Positions 9,561 to 18,666 of a DNA stretch of 45,258 bases are shown here, piece after piece. The stretch comes from Betaproteobacteria bacterium (GTDB lineage Bacteria > Pseudomonadota > Gammaproteobacteria > Burkholderiales > SG8-39). The notes below the pieces were generated by a model. It was not told where the DNA came from, searched no databases, and saw only the letters and a program-made list of their open reading frames with translations. The translations under genes were made by a program, and so were the position numbers. The DNA is taken from contig JANYII010000073.1 in assembly GCA_025358705.1 (NCBI GenBank), positions 1 to 45,258 of the forward strand. The letters run 5' to 3'. Numbering within the stretch: position 1 is the stretch's first letter; each line of letters starts with the position of its first letter.

Positions 9561-10613
9561 TCAGCGGCCGAACGCGCTGCCCGGACCGGGCAGGCCGCGG
9601 CTGCGGCCGGTGTCGATGCTGACGCTGACGGTCATGCCTGCGCGCAATGCTGGGCGCTCAGCGGCGGCTCCCCCGGCTGGCTCGATCGCGAACAGTACCG
9701 GCACGCGTTGCACCACCTTGATCCAGTTTCCGGTGGCGTTCTGCGGCGGCAGCAGCGCGAATTCGGCGCCGGTAGCGGGGGCGATGGCGCTGACCCGCGC
9801 GCGCCACTCGACGCCCGGATAGGCATCGGCCGAGACGCGTGCGACCTGCCCGACGCGCATGCCGGCGAGTTGCGTCTCCTTGAAATTCGCCTCGATCCAG
9901 GGCTCGCCCGCCTGGACCAGGCTGAAGGCGGCGATGCCGCGCGCGACATTCATGCCGGGTTGCAGCTTCAGGTTGCTCACCGTTCCCGCGGTCGGCGCGT
10001 TGACGCGCGTGCGCGCGAGTTCCAGCGCGGCGGCATCGAGCGCCGCCTGTGCTTCCATCACGCGGGGATGGCGCTCGGCCGGCAGCTTCGCGTCCCCGCC
10101 CAGGCCGGCGAGCGCGCGCGCCGCGCGCTCCTGCAATGCGACGAGGTGTGCGCGTGCCGTTTCCAGATTATGGCGCGCCTCGTCGTAGGCCTCCTCGCGC
10201 ACCATGCCCTGTTCCTTCAGGCGCCGCTGGCGCTCCAGCTGCACGGCGAGGAAGCGGATGCGCTCCTGGGCCTCGGCCGCGTCCGCCTGCGCCACGCGAT
10301 ACTCGGCGCGCAGCGTCTCCACTTCGGTGCGCGCGGTGGCCAGCTGCGCGCCGGCGCGGGCGAGCGCCATCTCGAAGGGCACCGCGTCGATGCGGAACAG
10401 CAGTTGTCCTTGAGTCACCGCCTGGTTGTCGCTCACCGCTACCTCCGCCACGCGCCCGGCGATTTCGGCGCTCACCGCGACGATATGTGCCTTGACATAG
10501 GCGTTTTCGGTTTCCAGGTACCGCCCGCCCTGGGCATAGAAATACAGGGCGCCTGCCGCGACCAGCAGCGGCACGCCGAGCAGCAGCAGCCCGCGCGTCA
10601 GTTTGCCGCTCAT
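9561..10613 (-). CDS. emrA: HlyD-family membrane fusion protein (EmrA-like)
   Basis: Start MSGKLTRGLLLLGVPLLVAAGALYFY (single N-terminal TM), then YVKAHIVAVSAEIAGRV, a long coiled coil and a beta-barrel C-terminus. ATGA overlap with the MarR gene stop. The upstream 104 codons of the track ORF were rejected. Confidence 0.85.
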   Translation of the reverse strand: MSGKLTRGLLLLGVPLLVAAGALYFYAQGGRYLETENAYVKAHIVAVSAEIAGRVAEVAVSDNQAVTQGQLLFRIDAVPFEMALARAGAQLATARTEVETLRAEYRVAQADAAEAQERIRFLAVQLERQRRLKEQGMVREEAYDEARHNLETARAHLVALQERAARALAGLGGDAKLPAERHPRVMEAQAALDAAALELARTRVNAPTAGTVSNLKLQPGMNVARGIAAFSLVQAGEPWIEANFKETQLAGMRVGQVARVSADAYPGVEWRARVSAIAPATGAEFALLPPQNATGNWIKVVQRVPVLFAIEPAGGAAAERPALRAGMTVSVSIDTGRSRGLPGPGSAFGR

Positions 10614-11038
10614 CTGAGATTTTCCTTGATCGCCAGCAGGGTATCGACGAAGCGCTCGCGCTCGGCGGCGCTGATCCCGGTGAGCGCGTCGCGCCGCAAC
10701 TCCTTGGCGATGGTGCGCATGGTGCGCAAGGCCGGTTCGACTTCGTCGGTGAGATGCACCCGCCACACGCGGCGGTCCGACGCATCGTGCTCGCGCCGCA
10801 CCCAGCCTTTCGCTTCCAGCCGGTCGAGCAGCCGGCCGAGCGTCGGCTTTTCGATTTCCAGGGTTTCGGCCAGCTCGGTCTGGGAGACGCCATTGCTGCG
10901 GTAGAGGTGCGTCAGCACCCACCACTGCGCGCGCGTCAGGCCGAGCTTGCGGATGCGCCGGTCGTAGGCGGTGCGCATCAGGCGCGCCACGTCGTTCAGC
11001 AGGAAGCCGAAATTGCGCGAAAGGTCCTCGCGGAGCAT
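10610..11038 (-). CDS. MarR-family transcriptional regulator (EmrR-like position)
   Basis: 142 aa with a winged-HTH core (LTRAQWWVLTHLYRSNGVSQTELAETLEIEKPTLGRLLDRLEAKGWV...DRRV). ATG 11038 is chosen. ATG 11068 is an alternative. No clear SD, so the transcript may be leaderless. Confidence 0.85.
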   Translation of the reverse strand: MLREDLSRNFGFLLNDVARLMRTAYDRRIRKLGLTRAQWWVLTHLYRSNGVSQTELAETLEIEKPTLGRLLDRLEAKGWVRREHDASDRRVWRVHLTDEVEPALRTMRTIAKELRRDALTGISAAERERFVDTLLAIKENLR

Positions 11039-11052
11039 GCCCGGGATGATAG

Positions 11053-11079
11053 TTGCCTGGCTTACCATAAGCAAGGCAA
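11053..11079. promoter_or_regulatory. Imperfect palindrome, candidate MarR operator in the marR/adh divergent intergenic region
   Basis: TTGCCTGGCTTA-cca-TAAGCAAGGCAA. Arms are 12 nt and match at 11 of 12 positions. It lies 15 nt upstream of the marR start and overlaps the TTGCTT-N16-TATCAT promoter-like elements on the minus strand. Confidence 0.45.
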
Positions 11080-11141
11080 GGGAATCGCCGGCGGCAGCGC
11101 CTGCCGGTATGATGGCGCCGTTATCCTCAGGGAGGTCTGGC

Positions 11142-12191
11142 ATGCGCGGCGCAGTGTTCCTCGGCAACAAGCAGATCGAAATCCGCAGCTTTCCCGATCC
11201 CACGCCGGAGCCGGGCGAAGTCGTGATCCAGATGAAGGCCTCGGGCATGTGCGGCAGCGACCTGAAGTTCTACCGCCCGCCGCCGGGCGAAGCGCAAAAG
11301 GCGCTCGGCCTGGGCAGCAACGTCGAATCCTTCATCGGCGGGCACGAGCCCTGCGGCGTGATCGCCGCGCGCGGCGCGGGCGTCTCCGAGCGCGAGGCGC
11401 CGATCGGCCAGCGCGTCATGAACCATCATTACGCCGGTTGCGGCGTCTGCGGCCATTGCCGCGTGGGCTGGTCGCAGCTGTGCCGTGCGGGCATCACGGT
11501 CTACGGCGTTACCGGAAACGGCGGGCATGCCGAATACCTGAAGGCGCCGGCGCGCACCATGGTGCCGCTTCCCGACGAACTGTCCTTCTCGGAAGGCGCC
11601 GCCGTTTCCTGCGGCACCGGTACCGCGTTTGGCGCGCTGCGCCGCATGCACACGCAGGGCGGGCAGACGCTCGCCGTGTTCGGCCAGGGTCCGGTGGGGC
11701 TTTCCGCCACGCTCATTGGCGCGAAGATGGGAGCGCGCGTCATTGCCGTGGAAACCAACAAGGAACGCCTCGCGCTGGCAAAGCAGTTCGGCGCGAGCGA
11801 TCTCGTCGATGCGTCGAAGGAGGACGTGGTGAAGGCGCTGAAGGACCTCACGCGCGGCGAAGGTGTGGACCTCACCCTGGAGTGCAGCAGCGCGCCGGCG
11901 GCGCGCCAGGCGGCCGTGCGCGCGGTCAGGACCTGGGGCACGGCCTGCTTCGTGGGCGAGGGCGGCGATGTGACGCTGGATGTGTCGCCCGATCTGCTGC
12001 GCCGGCAGGTGACGCTGATCGGCTCCTGGACCTTCAGTGCCATGGGGATGGGCGAGTGCGCGCGCTTTATCGCCGACAGCGGCGTCAAACTCGACCGCAT
12101 CTTCACCCACCGCTGGAAGCTGGACCAGGCGAACGAGGCCTACAAGGTGTTCGACGCCCAGTCGTCCGGCAAGGGCGTGATCGAGTTCTGA
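11142..12191 (+). CDS. Zinc-dependent medium-chain alcohol/polyol dehydrogenase
   Basis: GGAGG lies 6 nt upstream of ATG 11142. Catalytic Zn motifs GMCGSD and GHEPCG, structural Zn motif CGVCGHCRVGWSQLC, and a GQGPVG Rossmann motif. 349 aa. Confidence 0.9.
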   Translation: MRGAVFLGNKQIEIRSFPDPTPEPGEVVIQMKASGMCGSDLKFYRPPPGEAQKALGLGSNVESFIGGHEPCGVIAARGAGVSEREAPIGQRVMNHHYAGCGVCGHCRVGWSQLCRAGITVYGVTGNGGHAEYLKAPARTMVPLPDELSFSEGAAVSCGTGTAFGALRRMHTQGGQTLAVFGQGPVGLSATLIGAKMGARVIAVETNKERLALAKQFGASDLVDASKEDVVKALKDLTRGEGVDLTLECSSAPAARQAAVRAVRTWGTACFVGEGGDVTLDVSPDLLRRQVTLIGSWTFSAMGMGECARFIADSGVKLDRIFTHRWKLDQANEAYKVFDAQSSGKGVIEF

Positions 12192-12192
12192 C

Positions 12193-13137
12193 CTAGTACG
12201 GAACGCCCTGCGTGTTGACGTAGAGCGAGTACAGCGACGTGCTCGCCGCCATGAACAGGCGGTTGCGGTGCAGGCCGCCGAAGCACAGGTTGGCGCAGCG
12301 CTCGGGCAAGTCGATGCGGCCGATCAGCTTTCCGGCCGGACTGAAGACATGCACGCCGTCCAGGCCTGCTTCGCCCATGCCCCAGCCGCACCAGAGGTTG
12401 CCGTCCATGTCCACGCGGAAGCCGTCCGGCGTGCCCTTGGGGCCGCCGTCGATCAACAGGCGCGAATTTTTCAGCGTGTTTTCCTTCGTCACGTCCAGGG
12501 CGAGGATGTTCCTCGGCACCGAGCGCGATTGCACGATGTAGAGAATCTTCTCGTCGGGCGAGAAGGCCAGGCCGTTCGGCTGGTTGATGCCCTCGGCGAC
12601 CACCGTCACCTTGCCTGACGGATCCCAGCGGTAGACGTTCATCGGCAGCTCGGGTTCGGCCTTGCCTCCCTCGTACCAGCCGAGGATGCCGAAGGTCGGG
12701 TCGGTGAACCAGACCGAGCCGTCGGATTTGCAGACGATGTCGTTGGGCGAGTTTAGTTTTTTGTCCTGATAAGTACTTACCAAAGCAACAACCCTTCCGT
12801 CAGGTTCTGTGCGCGAGACGCGTCGCCCGCCGTGCTCGCAGGTCAGCAGGCGGCCCTGGCGATCGCGTGTGTTGCCGTTGGCGTAGCCGGAAGGTTTGCG
12901 GAATTCGCTCACCGCGCCGCTGGCCTCGTCCCAGCGCAGCATGCGGTTATTCGGGATGTCGCTCCACACCAGCGAGCGCGAATCGCCCAGCCACGCGGGG
13001 CCTTCGGCCCAGCGGCAGCCCGTGTAGAGGCGCTCGATTTTGGCGAGCGGCAGGCGGTACTTGTTGAAGGATTCGTCCACCACCACGATTGCGGCGTCGG
13101 GGTAGCGTTGGCTCGGTGTCCAGTCGGACGAACTCAT
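12193..13137 (-). CDS. SMP-30/gluconolactonase/LRE-family lactonase
   Basis: 314 aa six-bladed propeller signature (AEGPAW, NGNTRDRQGRLLTCEH, LNSPNDIVCKSDGSVWFTDP, QPNGLAFSPDE, PDGFRVDMDGNLW). Only the 3' half of the 640-aa track ORF is used; the rest is an out-of-frame shadow of dctM. Confidence 0.9.
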   Translation of the reverse strand: MSSSDWTPSQRYPDAAIVVVDESFNKYRLPLAKIERLYTGCRWAEGPAWLGDSRSLVWSDIPNNRMLRWDEASGAVSEFRKPSGYANGNTRDRQGRLLTCEHGGRRVSRTEPDGRVVALVSTYQDKKLNSPNDIVCKSDGSVWFTDPTFGILGWYEGGKAEPELPMNVYRWDPSGKVTVVAEGINQPNGLAFSPDEKILYIVQSRSVPRNILALDVTKENTLKNSRLLIDGGPKGTPDGFRVDMDGNLWCGWGMGEAGLDGVHVFSPAGKLIGRIDLPERCANLCFGGLHRNRLFMAASTSLYSLYVNTQGVPY

Positions 13138-13142
13138 GCTTC

Positions 13143-14426
13143 CTAGTATCCCAGAGTCCGCGGCAGCCAGAGGGAAAGCGACGGCACGTAAGTCACGATG
13201 AGGAGCGCGACGCACATCGCGCCATAGAACGGCCAAAGCTCGCGCGATACCTCTTCCATCGTCACCTTGCCAATGGCGCAGCCGACGAACAGCGTCGGCC
13301 CCACCGGCGGCGTGATCAGGCCGATACCGAGGTTCAGCAGCATGATCATGCCGAAATGCACCGGGTCCACGCCCATCGCTTTGACGATCGGCAGCATGAT
13401 AGGCGTGCAGATCAGGATCATCGGCGCCATGTCCATGAAGGTGCCGAGCAGCAGCAGCAGGATGTTGATGAGCATCAGCATCACGTATTTGTTGTCGGTC
13501 ATCGACAGGAAGAGCGCGGTGGCCTTGGCCGGCAGCTGCATGATCGCCATCAGGTAGCCGAAGCCGGCGGCGAAGCCGATCACCATCATCACCATCGCGA
13601 CCGTCTTGGTGACGCGGTGCACGAGCTTCGGCATGTCGCGCCACTTGTATTCCTTGTAGATCACCACAGTGCAGAAAAGCGCATACACACAAGCCACTGC
13701 GCCGGACTCGACGGCAGTGAAGGCGCCCGACAGGATGCCGCCGAGGATGATCACGATCGTGATCAATCCCCACACCGCGTCGAGCGCGATCTTCAGCGCT
13801 TCGCGTAGTGGCACCACGCGCCCGGCCGGGAAGCCCTTCTTGCGCGCCGTGTAAAGAACCAGGCCGATCAGGCAGGCGCCGAAGAGCAGCCCGGGGAATA
13901 CCCCGGCCATGAAGAGCGCCGCGATCGAGACGGTGCCGCCGGTGGCGATCGAGTAGATGATCGAGTTGTGCGAGGGCGGCACGAGAATCGCCTGCACCGA
14001 GCCGCAGATCGTCACATTGGTGGCGAACACTTTCGAGTAGCCGTTCCTCACCATCTCCGGAATCATCACCGAGCCGATCGAGGCGGTGTCGGCGACCGAC
14101 GAACCCGACAGGCAACCGAAGAGGGTCGAGGCGAGCACGTTGACCAGCGCAAGCCCGCCGCGGATGAAGCCGACGAAGACCTTGGCAAGGTCGACGAGCC
14201 GCCGCGCCACGCCGCCCTCCGACATGATGGCGCCGGCCAGCACAAAGAACGGGATGGTCAGGAGCGCGAAGTCGTCCATGCCGTCGGAGATCTTCAGCAT
14301 GATGGCTTCAAGCGGAAGGTCGATCCACAGCGCGGTGACGATCGTCGCCAGCCCCATCGCATAGGCAACGGGGATCCCGAGGAACATGAAGATCAGGAAG
14401 CTGAACAGGAGAAGCAGGGCGTCCAT
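13143..14426 (-). CDS. TRAP transporter large permease (DctM type)
   Basis: Start MDALLLLFSFLIFMFLGIPVAYAMGLA. 427 aa polytopic protein, downstream of the DctQ and DctP genes on the same strand. Confidence 0.9.
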   Translation of the reverse strand: MDALLLLFSFLIFMFLGIPVAYAMGLATIVTALWIDLPLEAIMLKISDGMDDFALLTIPFFVLAGAIMSEGGVARRLVDLAKVFVGFIRGGLALVNVLASTLFGCLSGSSVADTASIGSVMIPEMVRNGYSKVFATNVTICGSVQAILVPPSHNSIIYSIATGGTVSIAALFMAGVFPGLLFGACLIGLVLYTARKKGFPAGRVVPLREALKIALDAVWGLITIVIILGGILSGAFTAVESGAVACVYALFCTVVIYKEYKWRDMPKLVHRVTKTVAMVMMVIGFAAGFGYLMAIMQLPAKATALFLSMTDNKYVMLMLINILLLLLGTFMDMAPMILICTPIMLPIVKAMGVDPVHFGMIMLLNLGIGLITPPVGPTLFVGCAIGKVTMEEVSRELWPFYGAMCVALLIVTYVPSLSLWLPRTLGY

Positions 14427-14440
14427 GGTCAGTCGCGCAT

Positions 14441-14962
14441 TTAATCGATCTGCGGCTGGTCGCGGAACGTGAACGACGTCGCAGGCGGATCGCCGAGCCA
14501 CAGGCGTTCGATGCAGAAGAGCAGTGTCACCACGCCGGCCACCGGGATCGGAATATAGGTAACGCCGGCGGAGAGGTCCGGAAACTCGGCGATGGTGTTG
14601 AGCCAGACCGCATCCACGAGCTGTATGCCCCACTTGATCATGAACACGGCGATGATCCCCATGCCGACATCTGCGCCGCGCTCGAGACGGACGCGATTGG
14701 CGTCATTCACCATGTTCAGCAGCGTGGCCACGGCGATGTGCGACTTGGCGCGATACGCCGCGGCGCCGCCGATGAACGAAAACAGTACCATCAGCAGGAT
14801 GCCAGCGGGCTCCGGCCAGCTGGCCGGCGAGTTCATCACGTAGCGCATGAACACGCCATAAGGAATGATGATGGTCATGATCAGCATGACCGCCCCGGCA
14901 AGGCTGATGCAGGCGATGTACAACCACTCCATCGCCGTCCGGTAGATTTCTCTCATCATCAT
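14441..14962 (-). CDS. TRAP transporter small permease (DctQ type)
   Basis: 173 aa with four hydrophobic helices, located between dctP and dctM. The start codon immediately follows a hairpin plus U-tract. Confidence 0.85.
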   Translation of the reverse strand: MMMREIYRTAMEWLYIACISLAGAVMLIMTIIIPYGVFMRYVMNSPASWPEPAGILLMVLFSFIGGAAAYRAKSHIAVATLLNMVNDANRVRLERGADVGMGIIAVFMIKWGIQLVDAVWLNTIAEFPDLSAGVTYIPIPVAGVVTLLFCIERLWLGDPPATSFTFRDQPQID

Positions 14963-14995
14963 AAAAAACGGGCCGCCATTTCGGGGCGGCCCGTT
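14963..14995 (-). terminator. Intra-operon stem-loop plus U-tract between dctP and dctQ (intrinsic terminator/attenuator-like)
   Basis: The minus strand reads AACGGGCCGCC-ccgaaat-GGCGGCCCGTT followed by TTTTAT. The stem is a perfect 11 bp (14967-14977 pairs with 14985-14995) with a 7-nt loop. The T-run abuts the dctQ ATG. Confidence 0.6.
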
Positions 14996-15011
14996 CTCCT
15001 GGTCGGGGCGG

Positions 15012-15989
15012 CTACTTGGTGTCCTGGATGCGCTTGAGGAGCGCGCTGTACTTGGACCCGTACTTGTCGCGGATCGGCTGCGTAACTTTATAGAAGGCCT
15101 CCTTGTCGGCCGCGACGAACTGCACGCCCTTGGTCTTCAGCTCGTCAGTCGCCTTCGAGGTTTTGTCGTCCCACAGCGTGCGCTGCTCGATCTGCGCCTC
15201 GCGTGAGAGTTTCTTCAGCAGGGCCTGATCTTCCCTGGACAGTTTCTCCCAGCTCACCTTGGAGAAAACGAAGATCTCGGGAATGATCAGGTGGCCGGTC
15301 AGGCTGTATACCTTGGCGACCTGGTAGTGGTTTTGCGCGAGCACGGTCGGCTCGTTGTTCTCCGCGCCGTCCACCACGCCGGTCTGCATCGCCGAATAAA
15401 GTTCGTTGAAACCCATCGCCACGCCGTTGCCGCCCATCGCGTTCATGGTTTCCACGAACAGCGGGTTGCCCATCATGCGGATCTTCATGCCCTTCAGGTC
15501 CGCGGGCTTGGTCACCGGCTTGTTCGAGTAGACGTTGCGCGTGCCCGCGTCCATCCAGCCTAGCGCGATCAGTCGCGACGCGCCGGCCGACATGCGCTCG
15601 AGCAACTCGGTGCCGATCGGGCCATCGATGACGTGGCGCATGTGGGTTTCGTCACGGAAGACGAAGGGCAGATTGAAGACATTTACCTCGTCCACTACCG
15701 GACCCATGGCGCCGACCGAGATGCGCGCGATCTGCAGCGCGCCGACCTGGGCCTGCTCGATCATCTCCTTCTCGCCGCCGAGCTGCATGGACGGATACAT
15801 CTGGATCGAGATGCTGCCATTGGTGGCCTTCTCGAGCTTCGCGCCCATGCGCACGATCGCCTCGACGGTCGGGTAGCCAAGCGGATGAACGTCGGTCGCC
15901 TTCCAGATTTGTTTCTGCTGGGCGCCGGCCGGCATGGCAAAGGCAGCCGCGAGCGCGGCGGCGGACAGCAACAGGTTTCTGCGAATCAT
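15012..15989 (-). CDS. TRAP transporter substrate-binding protein (DctP type)
   Basis: GGAGGAG Shine-Dalgarno before ATG 15989. Signal peptide MIRRNLLLSAAALAAAFAMPAGA-QQ. 325 aa with DctP-like composition. Confidence 0.9.
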   Translation of the reverse strand: MIRRNLLLSAAALAAAFAMPAGAQQKQIWKATDVHPLGYPTVEAIVRMGAKLEKATNGSISIQMYPSMQLGGEKEMIEQAQVGALQIARISVGAMGPVVDEVNVFNLPFVFRDETHMRHVIDGPIGTELLERMSAGASRLIALGWMDAGTRNVYSNKPVTKPADLKGMKIRMMGNPLFVETMNAMGGNGVAMGFNELYSAMQTGVVDGAENNEPTVLAQNHYQVAKVYSLTGHLIIPEIFVFSKVSWEKLSREDQALLKKLSREAQIEQRTLWDDKTSKATDELKTKGVQFVAADKEAFYKVTQPIRDKYGSKYSALLKRIQDTK

Positions 15990-16000
15990 CGTGGTCTCCT

Positions 16001-16019
16001 CCACTTGTTAACCAAGTGG
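16001..16019. promoter_or_regulatory. Near-palindrome in the dctP / 2-hydroxyacid-dehydrogenase divergent region; candidate operator
   Basis: CCACTT-GTTAAC-c-AAGTGG. The arms are perfectly complementary and the centre is itself palindromic apart from a 1-nt bulge. It overlaps a possible -35 (TTGTTA), which lies 15 nt upstream of TATACT (16026-16031). Confidence 0.35.
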
Positions 16020-16044
16020 GTAATTTATACTGTGCGGCTGTCCC

Positions 16045-17025
16045 ATGTCCAGAATTCTGCTCACGCACTCTCCGGAAACGCTGCGCAACTACTACGGCGC
16101 GCGCGCGCTGGCGGGCCTGCGTGCGCTGGGCGAGGTGAGGCTCCACGAGGGCGGGGAACCGCTCGCCGGCAAGGCGCTGGTCGCTGCGGCGGCGGACTGC
16201 GACCTGGTCGTCTCCTACCGGCAGTCTCCGGGCGAAGCTGTCATTTTCGAAAGCCTGCCGCGGCTGGTCGCGTTCCTGCGCTGCGCGATCGACATCCGCA
16301 ACGTCGATGTGCCGGCGGCGAGCAGGGCCGGCGTGCTGGTGACGCAGGCGAGCGCGGGATTCGTCACTTCGGTGACCGAGCTGGTGATCGGCTTCATGAT
16401 CGATCTTTCGCGTCGCGTCACGTCGCATGCCGTTTCCTATCATGCGGGAGAGGTTCCCCAGGCCGTGATGGGCAGGGAACTGCGCGGCAGCACGCTCGGC
16501 GTGATCGGCTACGGCGCGATTGGCAGGGAACTGGCGCGGGTCGCGCAAGCGATGGGAATGCGGGTGTTGATCTGCGATCCGTATGTTTCCGGCATCAAGA
16601 GCGTTGCCCTGGATGAACTCCTGTCGCAGGCCGATTTCGTCGTTCCGCTCGCCGTGGCCAACGCCGAGACCGAGAACCTCATGGAGGAAAGGCAATTCGG
16701 GCAAATGAAGCAGGGCGCGTTTTTCATCAATGTCTCTCGCGGCAACCTGGTGGACGAGGCGGCGCTGGTGCGCGCTCTCGATTCGGGCCGCATCGCCGGC
16801 TGCGCTCTGGATGTCGGCCGCGCCCCGGACCAGATGCCGACGCCGGCCCTGGCCGCGCGCGCGGATGTGATCGCGACGCCGCACGCCGCAGGGCTCACCC
16901 TACCGGCGATCGAGCACCAGTCCATGGAGACCGTGGCGCAGGCGGCGAAGATCCTCAAGGGCCGCGCGCCCAAAGGCGCGGTGAATGCGGAACATTGGAC
17001 ACGAAAGGCGTTGCTCAAAAAATGA
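16045..17025 (+). CDS. D-isomer-specific 2-hydroxyacid dehydrogenase family, NAD-binding
   Basis: GVIGYGAIGRELA (GxGxxG), NVSRGNLVDEAAL, GCALDV and TPHAAG catalytic His region. 326 aa. Confidence 0.85.
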   Translation: MSRILLTHSPETLRNYYGARALAGLRALGEVRLHEGGEPLAGKALVAAAADCDLVVSYRQSPGEAVIFESLPRLVAFLRCAIDIRNVDVPAASRAGVLVTQASAGFVTSVTELVIGFMIDLSRRVTSHAVSYHAGEVPQAVMGRELRGSTLGVIGYGAIGRELARVAQAMGMRVLICDPYVSGIKSVALDELLSQADFVVPLAVANAETENLMEERQFGQMKQGAFFINVSRGNLVDEAALVRALDSGRIAGCALDVGRAPDQMPTPALAARADVIATPHAAGLTLPAIEHQSMETVAQAAKILKGRAPKGAVNAEHWTRKALLKK

Positions 17026-17834
17026 AACGATCGGGATTTCTCAAGCGGCCGGACTGCGGCATCTATTACGAAGTCATGGGCGAGGGGCCGGCGATCGTCT
17101 TCGCCCACGGCCTGGGCGGCAACCAGCTGTCCTGGTGGCAGCAACTGGCGTTCTTCTCGGACCGCCACACCTGCGTCGCCTTTGCCCACCGCGGCTTCAC
17201 GCCCTCGAGCGCAGTGCCTGGCATCAAGGCGCCCGATGCCTACGCGGACGATCTCGCTGCGTTGATCGACGAACTCAAGCTGCGCGACGTGCGGGTAGTG
17301 GCGCAATCCATGGGCGGCTGGACCAGCATGGAATACGCACTGCGCAATCCAGGCACGCTGCGTTCGCTGGTGATGGCTTCCACCTCCGGCAAGCTCGACT
17401 TCCGCCAGTTGCAGGGTCCGGCCAAATCCGAAATCGACGCGTGGATGGTGCGGGCACCCAAGACCAACGCGGACCTGGACGCGCGCGACATCCTGCCGGC
17501 GTACGGAGAACGCATGGAGCATGAACAGCCGGCGGCGGCGATCCTCTATCGCCAGATTTCGCAGCTCACGCCCGCGGAATTCAAGGCCGGCGTGCGCCAG
17601 AGGATCTTCGACACGCGCATCCAGCCGCCATCGCTGCTGGCGGGGTTGCGGATTCCGACGCTGTTCGTGACCGGCGACGAGGACTGCGTGTTCCCGTCGG
17701 CCGCGGGCCCGGCCCTCGCGGCACTGGCGCCCAACGGCCGCGCGGTTCGCGTGCCGAAGGCGGGCCACTCGGTCTATTTCGAGCGCCCGGCCGAATTCAA
17801 CCGCATCGTCGAAGAATTTCACTCAGCGACTTGA
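17022..17834 (+). CDS. Alpha/beta-fold hydrolase
   Basis: ATGA overlap with the upstream stop. Oxyanion HG region FAHGLGGN, nucleophile elbow AQSMGGW, and the C-terminal His in KAGHSVYFERP. 270 aa. Confidence 0.8.
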   Translation: MKRSGFLKRPDCGIYYEVMGEGPAIVFAHGLGGNQLSWWQQLAFFSDRHTCVAFAHRGFTPSSAVPGIKAPDAYADDLAALIDELKLRDVRVVAQSMGGWTSMEYALRNPGTLRSLVMASTSGKLDFRQLQGPAKSEIDAWMVRAPKTNADLDARDILPAYGERMEHEQPAAAILYRQISQLTPAEFKAGVRQRIFDTRIQPPSLLAGLRIPTLFVTGDEDCVFPSAAGPALAALAPNGRAVRVPKAGHSVYFERPAEFNRIVEEFHSAT

Positions 17835-17841
17835 AAGGCAT

Positions 17842-18666
17842 TTGATGAAGACCATCCTGATTACCGGCGCCTCGGGCGATGTCGGCACGCACCTGCGGCG
17901 CGAGCTGGCGGGAAAATATGCCTTGCGGGTTTCTGATCTTCGTCCGTTGAAGAAAATAAACAAGGAAGAAAAATTCGTCCGGGCAGACATCTCGAAATAT
18001 CCCGATGCGCTGCGCATCACCAAAGGCGTCGACGCCATCGTGCACCTGGGTGGCTACTCGGTGGAGGGGCCCTGGGAAGGCATCCTGAACGCCAACATCG
18101 TCGGCTGTTACAACGTGTTCGAGGCTGCGCGCCGGAACGGCGTCAAGCGGATCCTCTTCCCGACCTCCAACCACGCCACCGGCTTCTACCGCCGCGACCA
18201 CACCATCGACCACCGCGTCTACCCGAAGCCCGACAGCCGCTACGGTGTATCCAAGGTGTTCGGCGAGGCGCTCGCCAGCCTCTACGCCGACAAATACGGC
18301 ATGCAGATGTTCTGCATGCGCATCGGCAACGTCAGTCCCATGCCGATCGACAAGCGGCGGCTGTCGATCCTGTTCACGCCGCGCGACCTGGCGCAGCTCG
18401 TGACCATCGGCATCGAGCACCCGGACATCCGCTTCGAGATCGTCTACGGCGTGTCGAAGAACAAGCGTAGCTGGTACGACAACTCGAACGCCTACCGCCT
18501 GGGCTACAAGCCGCAGGACGATAGCGAAAAATGGGCGGCGGAAACCATCGCGCGCGAGAAGCCGGGCGGCGATCCGGTGGCGGAGGCGCACCAGGGCGGC
18601 GTCTTTTGCAGCGCTGAAGAGATATCGAACCCCGCACCGCTGCCGAAAAAGAAGCGCAGGAAGTGA
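17842..18666 (+). CDS. udh: NAD-dependent epimerase/dehydratase-fold oxidoreductase, uronate dehydrogenase (Udh)-like
   Basis: ITGASGDVG Rossmann motif. The block LGGYSVEGPWEGILNANIVGCYNVFEAARRNGVKRILFPTSNHATGFY...YGVSKVFGEALASLYADKYGMQMFCMRIGN closely resembles my recollection of Agrobacterium Udh (SSNHxxGxY, YGVSKxFGE, RIG). Confidence 0.65.
   Translation: MMKTILITGASGDVGTHLRRELAGKYALRVSDLRPLKKINKEEKFVRADISKYPDALRITKGVDAIVHLGGYSVEGPWEGILNANIVGCYNVFEAARRNGVKRILFPTSNHATGFYRRDHTIDHRVYPKPDSRYGVSKVFGEALASLYADKYGMQMFCMRIGNVSPMPIDKRRLSILFTPRDLAQLVTIGIEHPDIRFEIVYGVSKNKRSWYDNSNAYRLGYKPQDDSEKWAAETIAREKPGGDPVAEAHQGGVFCSAEEISNPAPLPKKKRRK

Noticed and set aside
8262-10904. An 880-aa plus-strand ORF spanning the whole emrB-emrA-marR region.
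   Set aside because: It runs antisense to three well-supported minus-strand genes. Its translation is low-complexity and rich in Arg, His, Ala, Gly, Asp and Glu, with no recognisable domain. This is the classic stop-codon-poor shadow frame of high-GC DNA.
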